Of a DNA stretch of 33,397 nt, positions 10,299 to 19,937 are shown one piece after another. Within the stretch, counting starts at the first letter, position 1. The number at the start of each line of letters is the position of its first letter. This stretch comes from an uncultured Bacilli bacterium (GTDB lineage Bacteria; Bacillota_I; Bacilli_A; ML615J-28; CAG-313): assembly GCA_947627685.1 (NCBI GenBank), contig CANQWZ010000003.1, forward strand, positions 1-33,397, read 5' to 3'. Both the position numbers and the translations under genes were made by a program. Under the pieces are notes generated by a model. The model was not told the DNA's origin and did no database searches. It saw nothing but the letters and a program-made list of their open reading frames with translations.

Positions 10299-10595
10299 TT
10301 AAAAGCCACCTAGTAAAGCTTGATATTTAGACATTTTTTCAGCGGTAAATTTTTCGATTTCATCTGATGCTTGACGGCTTGCCGCAACTATCATATCACC
10401 TAACATTTCTAAATCTTCATCGCTAGTTGCTTCAAATCCTTTTTCGAAGTTAACTTGTTTTAAGGTATGGTCACCCATCATTATAATTGTTACTACACCA
10501 CATGTTGTTGTAAACTCAGTGTTAATAATTTCTTCTTGGGTTTTTTCCATATCTCTTTTCATTTGTTGCATTTTTCTAATCATTGCTTGATTCAT
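10299..10595 (-). CDS. ybaB: YbaB/EbfC nucleoid-associated protein
   Basis: MQQMKRDMEKTQEE..GVVTI..G..DLEMLGDMIVAA; conserved position between dnaX and recR. Confidence 0.9.
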   Translation of the reverse strand: MNQAMIRKMQQMKRDMEKTQEEIINTEFTTTCGVVTIIMMGDHTLKQVNFEKGFEATSDEDLEMLGDMIVAASRQASDEIEKFTAEKMSKYQALLGGF

Positions 10596-10599
10596 ATCA

Positions 10600-13434
10600 T
10601 TAATTCTCCTTTTCTACTAAACTTGCACCAAAGGCCTCTTTGGCAATTTGTGATGGTGTTTTAGCTGTTTGCATTTGACCATAATTTACACTTACAACAT
10701 TTAATTCGGGATTGTTAATTGGCGTTAATTTAGGGCGTTGTATACCAATTCCAAATTGGCCACGATATTCATTACGTTTTTCTTGCCATGTGTTTTCTGG
10801 TAAAGCAATAAAATCATAATCTTTACCTAGGTGTATTCGTAATATTTGTTTGGCCTCAGTGTAATTTTTAGGTTCCATCAAATGATTACAAATAGCGGCG
10901 CTTTTGTATACAATAAGTAATGCTGTTTTGCCATTTGCAACCATTAAGCCATCAACTAACATTTTCGCAATTTGTGCATATGCATAACCTACTTTATCTT
11001 CTAGTTTAGGCCATAGACTTGTAATTCTAAGCTTTTCTTCACGACATTCTCTTTCTCTTGCTTCATGTAAGATGTTTTCAATAACGCGAATATCATATAC
11101 ATTTTTAATTGTTTGTAAGGTTTTAGACGCATTAGTTTGAATAGTTCTTTGAATTTCTGGCTTTTTTACATCTTCAGTCTTAGGTATGTCTACCACTGGT
11201 TTTACAGGCTCTACTTTTTCAGTAGTAGGTGCTTGTTTTCTTGTATCTTGCATTACTTGTTTGATTTTGCTAACTTCACTATTTAAGTTGCTTGCTTTTA
11301 TTTCAAGATTATTAATACGACCATCTACATCTTTAAACTTTTCATCATATATATCATTTTTATTATTATTAGCTATTTTATTAATGTCATCAATAATTTT
11401 AGATATATTTTGTTTTTGTTCTTGGCTTTCTATGCTGATATTACTAACTTCTTCGTTAATTTTAGATATGTTAGTTTCGTTTGCTTGGATTTTGTCCGAA
11501 AGCCTATTAATATTAGCAATCATTTGATCCATCATAACAATTGAATTAGCATCAGTATTAACACTTCTATTTGCTTCTAAATCATCAGTATCAAAATCTA
11601 AATTATCGCTTGTAGTATCTGGGGCTTTTATTGCCTTAACTAGTACAAAATAATTTTCTTTTAATTCTTCTATTTCTTTTAAAAGAGCCTCATCTTGACT
11701 AGTAGTTGTTTGATTAATTAAGCCATTCATTGCGTCTTCTAGTTTTTTTAGACGTTCACTAACATTAGTGTTTACGACACTTTCACCACTAGATAACTCT
11801 AAATTTTTAAAAGTATTACTAACTTTTTCTTCGAGATTTTTAACTCTTTCTTCTAATAATATATATGTATTATTATCAAAGGTAGCATCATTTTTAGCAT
11901 CAACTGTTATATTTTTATTTAATTCAGCTATTTCTTCTTTAATTGATGTATATTTATTGCTACTAGTTAAGTTATCTGAATTATTGTTAATAGTATTTTC
12001 TATCTTTTCTAAACGTTCACTAAGTTTGGTTAAAGATGTTTGATCAGCTTGCATGGCAGTAGTATTTATAACTCTAATTTTATCTTCAATATCATCAAGA
12101 CGATAACTTAAATCCGTAGGTAGGGCTGCATTTTTAGAAGATATATCTTCTAACATATCTAATTTTGATTCCATTTTTTCTTTGAATTCATCAATTTTGG
12201 CCTTTGCGAATTCATCTGTTAATTTTTTTATTTTGTTATCAATGGTATTTATCTTACTATTATAATCTTGATTATCAGTAATATTTATACCAAACTTTTC
12301 ATCAAGAGTATTTTCTAACTTTTGAATTTTACCAAGTACATCGATATCTTCGTTTGCGGAATTAATAATTTTCATAATGCCAACTTCTAAATAAATTTTA
12401 GATGAGCTAGTATATCTGATTTTGTTTTGAATATCTACTAATACATCGATATAATAAAATAGTTCTTTAGTATCTAAAGTTTTAGTAAGACTAATAAAAT
12501 CTTCGCTATCATATATATATTTGTAGTTATCTTTTATATTAACGTTTTTATATAGTAAGATATCACGACAAAATTGGATAATGCTTGCAACAAGACGATT
12601 TACTTCTTTTCCCATATCAACAAGTTCATCAATGATACATATACTTTTAGTTGCATCTTTTTCCTTAAAAGCTTTTACAAGTTCAATAAGCTTGTAGTTT
12701 GAGATTCTGCCTGTTACACTATTGATATCTTCTACTGTTATTTTGCCTGTTGCGTATGCACTTGCTTGATCAAGGATACTTAAAGCATCACGCATACCAC
12801 CTTCTGATGCTTCCGCAATAGCACTGATAGCATCTTTTTCAATCTCGATGTTTTCTTTTTGACTAACAAAAAGAAGTTCTTCTTTTAATTCGTCTAAACT
12901 AAATTGTTTAAAATCAAATCTTTGACATCTTGATAAAATGGTTGCAGGAATCTTGTGTGGCTCTGTAGTTGCTAAAATGAACATTATGTGTTTAGGTGGT
13001 TCTTCTAAGGTTTTTAAAAGGGCATTAAAAGCAGCCGTGCTAAGCATATGTGCTTCATCAATGATATATACTTTTTTATTTAATAAACTTGGAGGAAAGT
13101 TAACTTTTTCTAAAATATCACGTATTTCATCAACACCATTATTACTTGCGGCATCGAGTTCTATGATATCGGTTGTTTCATTATTAATAATTGCTTTACA
13201 GTTTTTACAACAATTACAAGGTTCACCATCAATTGGGTTTTCACAATTAACTGCTTTTGCAAAAATTCTTGCAATCGTTGTTTTTCCAATTCCTCTTAAA
13301 CCACTAAATATATATGCATGTGAAGTTTTCCCTTCCATTATCGCATTTTTTAGGGTTTGAACTACATGTTTTTGACCTATTACTTCTTTAAAAGTTGTTG
13401 GTCTATAACTTCTATATAGGGCAACATAAGCCAT
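10600..13434 (-). CDS. dnaX: DNA polymerase III subunit gamma/tau, unusually long (944 aa)
   Basis: ALYRSYRP, GLRGIGKTT, zinc module, ELDAASNNGVD, IIDEAHML, ATTEPHKI, SRC; about 400-aa coiled-coil insert before the C-terminal domain. Confidence 0.95.
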   Translation of the reverse strand: MAYVALYRSYRPTTFKEVIGQKHVVQTLKNAIMEGKTSHAYIFSGLRGIGKTTIARIFAKAVNCENPIDGEPCNCCKNCKAIINNETTDIIELDAASNNGVDEIRDILEKVNFPPSLLNKKVYIIDEAHMLSTAAFNALLKTLEEPPKHIMFILATTEPHKIPATILSRCQRFDFKQFSLDELKEELLFVSQKENIEIEKDAISAIAEASEGGMRDALSILDQASAYATGKITVEDINSVTGRISNYKLIELVKAFKEKDATKSICIIDELVDMGKEVNRLVASIIQFCRDILLYKNVNIKDNYKYIYDSEDFISLTKTLDTKELFYYIDVLVDIQNKIRYTSSSKIYLEVGIMKIINSANEDIDVLGKIQKLENTLDEKFGINITDNQDYNSKINTIDNKIKKLTDEFAKAKIDEFKEKMESKLDMLEDISSKNAALPTDLSYRLDDIEDKIRVINTTAMQADQTSLTKLSERLEKIENTINNNSDNLTSSNKYTSIKEEIAELNKNITVDAKNDATFDNNTYILLEERVKNLEEKVSNTFKNLELSSGESVVNTNVSERLKKLEDAMNGLINQTTTSQDEALLKEIEELKENYFVLVKAIKAPDTTSDNLDFDTDDLEANRSVNTDANSIVMMDQMIANINRLSDKIQANETNISKINEEVSNISIESQEQKQNISKIIDDINKIANNNKNDIYDEKFKDVDGRINNLEIKASNLNSEVSKIKQVMQDTRKQAPTTEKVEPVKPVVDIPKTEDVKKPEIQRTIQTNASKTLQTIKNVYDIRVIENILHEARERECREEKLRITSLWPKLEDKVGYAYAQIAKMLVDGLMVANGKTALLIVYKSAAICNHLMEPKNYTEAKQILRIHLGKDYDFIALPENTWQEKRNEYRGQFGIGIQRPKLTPINNPELNVVSVNYGQMQTAKTPSQIAKEAFGASLVEKEN

Positions 13435-13484
13435 AATTTTTTCCCTTCCTCTTTTTTTATTATTTTACCTAATTATTTATATTT

Positions 13485-13513
13485 ATTATATCATAAGATT
13501 AAAAAAAAGGCAA
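13485..13513 (-). promoter_or_regulatory. dnaX promoter (extended -10)
   Basis: TTGCCT (13513-13508), 17 bp, TG-A-TATAAT (-10 at 13490-13485). Confidence 0.6.
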
Positions 13514-13572
13514 ACCATTTATATAAAAAGAAAAGCGATTAATTATATTTGCTATATATATCTTTAACTATT

Positions 13573-13612
13573 AAAAAAAGAAAAGTTTTTGCTCGTTTGA
13601 ACAAAAACTTTT
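13573..13612 (-). terminator. Intrinsic terminator after SPFH gene
   Basis: AAAAGTTTTTGTTC-AAAC-GAGCAAAAACTTTT then CTTTTTTT. Confidence 0.7.
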
Positions 13613-13623
13613 TTAAAACCTTT

Positions 13624-14667
13624 TTATTCAGAAAGATCTTTTTTACCTTCTTTAAAAACTTCACTTGCAGAAAGGGTAAGACCTGCTAGGCCTTGAAGTT
13701 CTGATGGGATAATAATTTTTGTTGCTTTACCATCAGCTACTTTTTCAAGTGATTCATATGCTTTTAAGGTTAAAACACCTTTATTAACATCAACATCTTT
13801 TATCATCTTTAAGCCTTGTGCTTGAGCTTCGTTAATTTTAAGTATGGCTTCTGCGTTACCTTCGGCTTTTTTGATTGTTGCTTCTTTTTCAGCCTCAGCT
13901 CTTAAAATAGCAGCTTCTTTTTCAGCTTGTGCACGTAAAATTTCTGATTCTTTTATACCTTGTGCTTTTAAAATAGCCGCGTTTTTTTCACCTTCTGCTA
14001 GCAATATTGCTTCACGTCTTTCGCGTTCCGCACGCATTTGTTTTTCCATTGCTTCACGAATATCTTTAGGAGGCATAATGTTTTTAACTTCTACTCTAAA
14101 TACTTTGATACCCCAAGGATCGGTTGCTTCATCAAGAATTTCACGCATTTGTGCGTTTATTATGTTTCTACTTGTTAATGATTGGTCAAGATCTAAGGAA
14201 CCAATTATATTACGAATAGTCGTGGTTGTTAAATTATCAAGTGCTCTTAATGGTTTTGCAACACCATATACATATGATTTTGGATCACTTATTTGATAAT
14301 AGATAACAGTATCTATTTGCATTGTAACGTTATCTTTTGTAATAACAGGTTGTGGATCAAAATCGATAACTTGTTCTTTTAGACTAACTTTACCAATTAC
14401 TCTTGGCGTATCAAGTTTACCACCAATAGTTGGTGCATTTGTATCACACGCAATACGATCGATAAAAGGCATTAAAAAGTGCATGCCTGTTCCCCAAGTC
14501 TTATAGTATTTACCAAGTCTTTCAATTACATATACTTGTGTTTGAGGAACGATTTTTATACAGCTGATAATAACAGCTATCACAACAATTAAAATTACAC
14601 CCAAAGCAATAGCAAGTATAGCTAGGCCTCCTGCGTTTGCTTCTAAAAAATTAAATAAATTTTTCAT
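13624..14667 (-). CDS. SPFH/band 7 stomatin-like protein (QmcA/YbbK-type)
   Basis: N-terminal TM, IVPQ..VIERLGKY, QPVITKDNV, EATDPWGIKV, AMEKQMRAERERR, AEA-rich coiled coil. Confidence 0.93.
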   Translation of the reverse strand: MKNLFNFLEANAGGLAILAIALGVILIVVIAVIISCIKIVPQTQVYVIERLGKYYKTWGTGMHFLMPFIDRIACDTNAPTIGGKLDTPRVIGKVSLKEQVIDFDPQPVITKDNVTMQIDTVIYYQISDPKSYVYGVAKPLRALDNLTTTTIRNIIGSLDLDQSLTSRNIINAQMREILDEATDPWGIKVFRVEVKNIMPPKDIREAMEKQMRAERERREAILLAEGEKNAAILKAQGIKESEILRAQAEKEAAILRAEAEKEATIKKAEGNAEAILKINEAQAQGLKMIKDVDVNKGVLTLKAYESLEKVADGKATKIIIPSELQGLAGLTLSASEVFKEGKKDLSE

Positions 14668-14692
14668 TTTTTTATTCCTTTCTTTCTTTTTA

Positions 14693-15169
14693 TTAATCTA
14701 TTTTAATTTCTTCTATAGCATCTACAATCATTTTATTACCAACTATACCAATAATTACCGCTTTTTCACCTACTTCAAAAGCTCTTTCATTTTTTGATAT
14801 GGCTGGCCAATCTTGAAATTCGATTCTAATTTCCCCTTTTTCACCGGGTTTTATGGCTTTGGTTATTACACCTTGCATACCTACATACCTATCAGCATTA
14901 GTTAAGATGGTTTGATTGTCACTGATTTTTTTAACAAAAGGTCTTGTCGCAATCACGAAAATTAAGGTTATACCCACAAAAACAATAAACTGAATCCAAA
15001 TAGGTACCTCAAAAATTGCACAAAGTAGTCCCGCAAGCCCTCCTGCTGAAAACCAAATTGATACTAAGTTAGCTGTTTCAAATTCAATTATAATGGCCCC
15101 AATTACTACCATTGCCCAAACGACAATCATAACAATAAATTGTGGTGCTAAAGCTAAGATGTTAAACAT
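14693..15169 (-). CDS. NfeD-like (short form) membrane protein
   Basis: Start moved to ATG 15169 (SD AAGGAGGTGG); TM helices, TNADRYVG, G.I.I..W.A OB domain; adjacent to SPFH gene. Confidence 0.88.
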   Translation of the reverse strand: MFNILALAPQFIVMIVVWAMVVIGAIIIEFETANLVSIWFSAGGLAGLLCAIFEVPIWIQFIVFVGITLIFVIATRPFVKKISDNQTILTNADRYVGMQGVITKAIKPGEKGEIRIEFQDWPAISKNERAFEVGEKAVIIGIVGNKMIVDAIEEIKID

Positions 15170-15548
15170 TTCTTGCCACCTCCTTTGTATCAACAATTAG
15201 CATTTTTAATCCTGTATTCCAACAAGCCGAAAATTTGTAGGAAACTTGATTTGTAAAATCTAAATCAAGATGTTTTGTAAGTTCAGTAATCAATTTTTTG
15301 GAGTTGATTCTACCAAAACTAGGTTTTATTGTAAGTTCATATATATCTTCTTTATTGATTTCTTTTTTTAAGATATCTTCTTTAGTAATCTTTTTCATAA
15401 CAACCGTTTTGTTTTGTTTATCATATCCAATAGCTATACCATAAGGATTTTCAAAACATAGCGTTGCTTGTTTACTTAAGGTTATATTGTTGCTATATAT
15501 GGTTACTGCACTACTGTTTTTTTCTTTGCTAATCCACTCTATATTCAT
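15162..15548 (-). CDS. Hypothetical soluble protein, first gene of nfeD-SPFH operon
   Basis: SD AAGGAGGT, overlaps the nfeD start, consensus promoter upstream; family not recognised. Confidence 0.8.
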   Translation of the reverse strand: MNIEWISKEKNSSAVTIYSNNITLSKQATLCFENPYGIAIGYDKQNKTVVMKKITKEDILKKEINKEDIYELTIKPSFGRINSKKLITELTKHLDLDFTNQVSYKFSACWNTGLKMLIVDTKEVARNV

Positions 15549-15567
15549 TTTTTACCTCCTTGGTTAT

Positions 15568-15596
15568 ATTATATTATACTCTATGTATTTTGTCAA
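15568..15596 (-). promoter_or_regulatory. Consensus sigmaA promoter
   Basis: TTGACA (15596-15591), 17 bp, TATAAT (15573-15568). Confidence 0.8.
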
Positions 15597-15668
15597 CAAA
15601 AATGTATAAATATGTATTTAATGTATTGAGTATATAAACTGATATTTGTGTGAAGTAAATGTTTTTAA

Positions 15669-15697
15669 TTGATATTTTGCCATGTTTTTGTTATAAT
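15669..15697 (+). promoter_or_regulatory. SigmaA promoter with extended -10
   Basis: TTGATA (15669-15674), 17 bp, TG-T-TATAAT (-10 at 15692-15697). Confidence 0.75.
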
Positions 15698-15716
15698 ATT
15701 AACAATGGAGGTTTTT

Positions 15717-16850
15717 ATGAATAATAAAAAAGCAAAATCAATAAGAACTTTAATTGTCATACTAATATGTCTATTTGTTACAATCCTTGCAACTGTAGGT
15801 ATTTGTTGCTACAATTATTATGGATATGTAAATTATAAAGTAAAATATTTAGATGATTATTTCGAAGATGCTAACGAAAAAACTACTTCCACCAAAGAAC
15901 GTATTGAAAAAATATTAAAATGGGATGCTAAAGGTTATTCAGATAAACTTAATGTTACTTACCGTGATCCAATAACAAAAGAAGTTATTACCGATGTTAA
16001 AGTATCAAGTGATAGAGCTGAAAACGTTAATGCTTATTATGAAAACTATACTCTACATCTTCCTAAATATTTTGATATAAATCTTTATCGTGTGGTTGGT
16101 GAAGAAGAAGACTCTGATGGGGTAAAAAAATATACAGATTCTTATTATTTTTATCTTTCAAATATTAACTACAATCAAATCCCTGATTTTGAGCCTCGTA
16201 ATCTTTATATGACTTTCGTTGAAGGTATTGGTGAAGAAAGTGATCAAGCATTAAGTGATGTTGTCGAAGAATTAAAAGCAGCCGATGTAAATACCGGTTT
16301 TCCACCTGCTACATATTCATATTCAATTACTAGTGAAGATGGCTCAAGTTTTTTAAAATCATATTTTTTACTTGATAATCCTGTTGATGAATTTAAAGAT
16401 GAAGAAACCGAAGATGGTACTACTAAGACATATTATATATATAGCAATGAATGTAGAAAAAGTTATGGTGATGAACCAGTTAACTTTTCCGAAACAAAAG
16501 CTTTAACTTTTGTCCTATATTATCAAAACGATACTGATCGTAGTTCTTTTAAAAATCTAGTTGAGGGTACGTTTGAGGCTAATTTAAAAGATAATAAGCT
16601 AATTACTCCTGAAGAATTCTTGGCTCTTGATACTACATATTCTGGATACAATAAAGCTTTTTATCAAGAAAGTTATCGTAAATTTATTATGCCAAAAATT
16701 ATTTTAACTGGTGTTATTACTTTCTTAATTGTTGGTGTTGTTTCTGGTGTGCTTGCAACACTTTGGATATATGATCCTACTAGCAAACAAAATGCAAGTA
16801 AAACAAACAATAAGACATCTAAAAAGAAAACTAAAAAACAAGCGAATTAA
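15717..16850 (+). CDS. Hypothetical membrane protein (N- and C-terminal TM, acidic Tyr-rich external domain, basic tail)
   Basis: Start moved to ATG 15717 (SD GGAGG 15707-15711; the ORF-track TTG is the -35 box). Hydrophobic segments at both ends. Confidence 0.8.
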   Translation: MNNKKAKSIRTLIVILICLFVTILATVGICCYNYYGYVNYKVKYLDDYFEDANEKTTSTKERIEKILKWDAKGYSDKLNVTYRDPITKEVITDVKVSSDRAENVNAYYENYTLHLPKYFDINLYRVVGEEEDSDGVKKYTDSYYFYLSNINYNQIPDFEPRNLYMTFVEGIGEESDQALSDVVEELKAADVNTGFPPATYSYSITSEDGSSFLKSYFLLDNPVDEFKDEETEDGTTKTYYIYSNECRKSYGDEPVNFSETKALTFVLYYQNDTDRSSFKNLVEGTFEANLKDNKLITPEEFLALDTTYSGYNKAFYQESYRKFIMPKIILTGVITFLIVGVVSGVLATLWIYDPTSKQNASKTNNKTSKKKTKKQAN

Positions 16851-16867
16851 ACGCTTGTTTTTGTTTT
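16834..16867. terminator. Bidirectional terminator between convergent genes
   Basis: AAAAACAAGCG-7 nt-CGCTTGTTTTT spanning the stop at 16850, next to the asnS stop. Confidence 0.75.
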
Positions 16868-18256
16868 TTAAAATTCACAATTTTTAGGTGTTCTAGGAAA
16901 TGGTATAACATCTCTAATATTTTCTATTCCTGTCAAATACATAATAAGTCTTTCAAAGCCCATTCCAAAACCAGAATGTACACATCCGCCATAGCGCCTT
17001 GTATCTAAGTACCAATCAATGCCTTCTTTATCAACATGAAGAGTATCCATTCTTTCAATTAGTTTATCTAAGTTTTCTTCTCTTTGTGATCCACCCATAA
17101 GTTCACCAGCACCAGGAACTACTAAGTCTACTGCCGCAACCGTTTTGTTATCAGGATTTACTTTCATATAATATGCTTTGATATCTTTTGGCCAGTTAGT
17201 GATAAAAACAGGACCATTAAAATATTCAGTTATATATTTTTCGTGTTCTTTAGCAATATCATCATCATAGCTTGGTGTAAATTCCCAATTTATTTTAGCT
17301 TTTTTTAAGATATCAATTACATCATGATGGGTAATTCTTACAAATTTACTATTTAATAAGTTATTGATTCTATCCTTTAGGCCTTTTTCAACAAATGCAT
17401 CAAAGAAAGCTATTTCTTCAGGACAATTATCCATTACAAATTTAACTACAAATTTTAACATTTCTTCTTCAATATCCATAAGTCCTTCTAAATCACAAAA
17501 AGCCATTTCGGGTTCTATCATCCAAAATTCATTAGCATGTGTTTTAGTATTGGAATTTTCGGTTCTAAAAGTAGGGCCAAAAGTATATATATCAGAAAAT
17601 GCCATCGCAAAAGTTTCACCTTGTAATTGCCCAGAACCAGTAATAAAGGCTTGTTTACCAAATAAGTCTTTATTATAATCAATACTGCCATCTTGATTAA
17701 GTGGTAAGTTTTTTAAATCAAGTGTAGTAATTTTAAACATTTGATCAGAACCTTCACAATCAGCACAAGTAATTAATGGCGTATGAACATAAACATACCC
17801 ATTTTTTTGAAAGTATGTATGAATGGCGTATGCTGCAACGCTTCTTACTCTAAATACAGCTGAAAACAAATTTGTTCTTGGTCTTAAATGAGCCACTTCT
17901 CTTAAAAATTCTCTTGTATGTCTTTTGGGCTGTATTGGATAGTTTTCGGGGCAATCACCCAACATTTCAATATGTGTTGCATGGAGTTCTAGTGCTTGCT
18001 TCATTGAAGGAGTAAGTTTTACAATTCCTTTGACAAGTAAAGACATACCTACTCTAAACTTAGAGACGCTTGCAAAATTACTCATTTCATCACTATATAC
18101 TACTTGTATTGATGAAAAACATGAGCCATCGTTAACATTTAAAAAGCCAAATTGGGCTTGTGAACGATTGCTTCTAACCCATCCACATATGGTAACTTCT
18201 TTTTCTGAATAGCAATCTTTTTCTTCGAAAATGGTTTTTATTTTAATTCTTTTCAT
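16868..18256 (-). CDS. asnS: Asparagine--tRNA ligase
   Basis: GWVR..NDGS OB domain, HLRPRTN, FGPTFRTENSNT, EFWMIEPEMAF, GGSQREE, HSGFGMGFER, IPFPRTP. Confidence 0.97.
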   Translation of the reverse strand: MKRIKIKTIFEEKDCYSEKEVTICGWVRSNRSQAQFGFLNVNDGSCFSSIQVVYSDEMSNFASVSKFRVGMSLLVKGIVKLTPSMKQALELHATHIEMLGDCPENYPIQPKRHTREFLREVAHLRPRTNLFSAVFRVRSVAAYAIHTYFQKNGYVYVHTPLITCADCEGSDQMFKITTLDLKNLPLNQDGSIDYNKDLFGKQAFITGSGQLQGETFAMAFSDIYTFGPTFRTENSNTKTHANEFWMIEPEMAFCDLEGLMDIEEEMLKFVVKFVMDNCPEEIAFFDAFVEKGLKDRINNLLNSKFVRITHHDVIDILKKAKINWEFTPSYDDDIAKEHEKYITEYFNGPVFITNWPKDIKAYYMKVNPDNKTVAAVDLVVPGAGELMGGSQREENLDKLIERMDTLHVDKEGIDWYLDTRRYGGCVHSGFGMGFERLIMYLTGIENIRDVIPFPRTPKNCEF

Positions 18257-18267
18257 AAAATCCTCCT

Positions 18268-18530
18268 AAAAAAAGTCCCTAGGCTTTTTGCCTAAGGACG
18301 AATAAACCGCGGTACCACCTTAGTTCAAAGATTATCAAAATCAAATCTTTGCTCTTTTTTGCTTTTTGTCGTAAAAGCCAACGAGTAGTTCTACTAAAAT
18401 AAAAGTATTCTTTCTTCTACTTGCTAAGAAGTGTTCTTTCAAAAGTGCCTTTTCCTATCTTTTCACTATCAATAGGTCACTTATCTAAAAAGCAAGCTTT
18501 TTACTTTTCTTCCTCAAAACGCATTATTAT
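18268..18530 (-). promoter_or_regulatory. T-box riboswitch leader of asnS (Asn specifier AAC)
   Basis: T-box AAGGTGGTACCGCG (18321-18308); terminator GTCCTTAGGC-AAAAA-GCCTAGGGAC-T7 (18299-18268); specifier context GAAAG-AAC-A with AAC at 18435-18433; AGTA motifs in stems I/II. Confidence 0.92.
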
Positions 18531-18536
18531 GAAAAT

Positions 18537-18565
18537 ATTATATTATATTTTTTATCTTTTGTCAA
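18537..18565 (-). promoter_or_regulatory. asnS leader promoter
   Basis: TTGACA (18565-18560), 17 bp, TATAAT (18542-18537). Confidence 0.8.
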
Positions 18566-18575
18566 AATACATACG

Positions 18576-19937
18576 TTATTTGCCAAGGCAAAATTTTGAA
18601 AACAACTCATCTAAGAGGCTATCAGTTGAAGTTTCACCTATTATTTCACCTAAATAAAGCCAAGCTTTTCTAATATATATATCTACCATATCGATTTGAT
18701 AGCCATCATTTATGGTTTTTTTAGCCTCAATTAAAGCATCGTAAGCTTTTTTTAGTTTTTCGATTTGTCTTGCGTTACTAATATATGTAATATCTTTATT
18801 TTGAATGTTATTTATTTTTAGTTTTTCTAAAATAGCATCTTCTAAAACCATTAGGCTTTTTTCATCTTTAGTACTAATACTAATATAATCTATTTTAGGC
18901 ATATTGATTTGTTTTTTTAAATCAGCTTTATTGACGATTACTAAATGTTTTTTGTTTTTTATTAATTCATATATTTGTTGATCAGCTTCTTCAAATTTGC
19001 TGCTTCCATCTAAAACAAACAAAATAATATCTGCTTTTTTGGTTATTTCTTTAGCCCTTCTTACTCCTATTTGTTCAACTTCATCATAAGTATTTCTAAT
19101 ACCTGCTGTATCGATTAAGTTTAAAGTTACATGTTTTAAATTAACGCTTGCTTCGATAATATCTCTAGTTGTACCAGGTATATTAGTAACAATAGCCTTA
19201 TTTTCTTTTACTAATGCATTTAAAAGGCTACTTTTGCCAACATTAGGTTTGCCAACAATGGCACAGTTTATACCGTTTTTTAAAAGTTTGGCACTAAGTG
19301 AGTCTTCAATTGTTTTATGAATAAGTTTCATGCATTCATTTAAACTAGGAAGAATTTTTTCATTTGTTAATTCAACTACATCGTCGTATTCAGGATAATC
19401 GATATTAACCGATATCGTCGCAATAATATCTAGTAGTTTTTCTCTAAGTGATACAACATATGAGTTAATATTACCATTTAATGCGCTGGTTGCGATTTTT
19501 AGGGCTTCTTTATTTTGGGCATCTATTACATCCATTACTGCCTCTGCCTTAGTTAAATCGATTCTTCCGGCTAAGAATGCTCTTTTGGTAAATTCACCAG
19601 CTGTAGCAGGTCTTGCCCCTTGTAAAACGAGCAATTCATATATTTGATTTGTAACAAACAAGCCACCATGACAATTAACTTCTACGACATCTTCGGTTGT
19701 ATATGATTTAGGACTTTTAAAAATAGAAACTAAAACTTCATCGACTATTTGTAGATTAACAGGATCTATTATATGTCCATACGTAATGGTATGCGTTTTA
19801 ACTTTTGTTAAATCTTTGCCTTTAAAGACTTTATTTACTATTTCTATGCTTTTATCGCCACTTAGTCTAATAATCGCAATAGCACCTTCGCTTTGCGAGG
19901 TCGCAATTCCAATTATGGTATCATCAAAATATTTCAT
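18576..19937 (-). CDS. mnmE: tRNA modification GTPase MnmE (TrmE)
   Basis: DTI..IAT..G.IAIIRLSG, EVNCHGG, GEFTKRAF, GKPNVGKSS, PGTTRD, DTAG, NKAD, C-terminal FCLGK. Confidence 0.97.
   Translation of the reverse strand: MKYFDDTIIGIATSQSEGAIAIIRLSGDKSIEIVNKVFKGKDLTKVKTHTITYGHIIDPVNLQIVDEVLVSIFKSPKSYTTEDVVEVNCHGGLFVTNQIYELLVLQGARPATAGEFTKRAFLAGRIDLTKAEAVMDVIDAQNKEALKIATSALNGNINSYVVSLREKLLDIIATISVNIDYPEYDDVVELTNEKILPSLNECMKLIHKTIEDSLSAKLLKNGINCAIVGKPNVGKSSLLNALVKENKAIVTNIPGTTRDIIEASVNLKHVTLNLIDTAGIRNTYDEVEQIGVRRAKEITKKADIILFVLDGSSKFEEADQQIYELIKNKKHLVIVNKADLKKQINMPKIDYISISTKDEKSLMVLEDAILEKLKINNIQNKDITYISNARQIEKLKKAYDALIEAKKTINDGYQIDMVDIYIRKAWLYLGEIIGETSTDSLLDELFSKFCLGK

Noticed and set aside
15669-15716. 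Longer ORF-track starts (also 2960, 15196, 24133, 24317, 29516, 29709)
   Set aside because: Downstream ATGs have correctly spaced SD sequences and match expected N-termini.
18421-18657. 78-aa plus-strand ORF
   Set aside because: Antisense to the T-box leader and mnmE end; no SD or protein-like signature.
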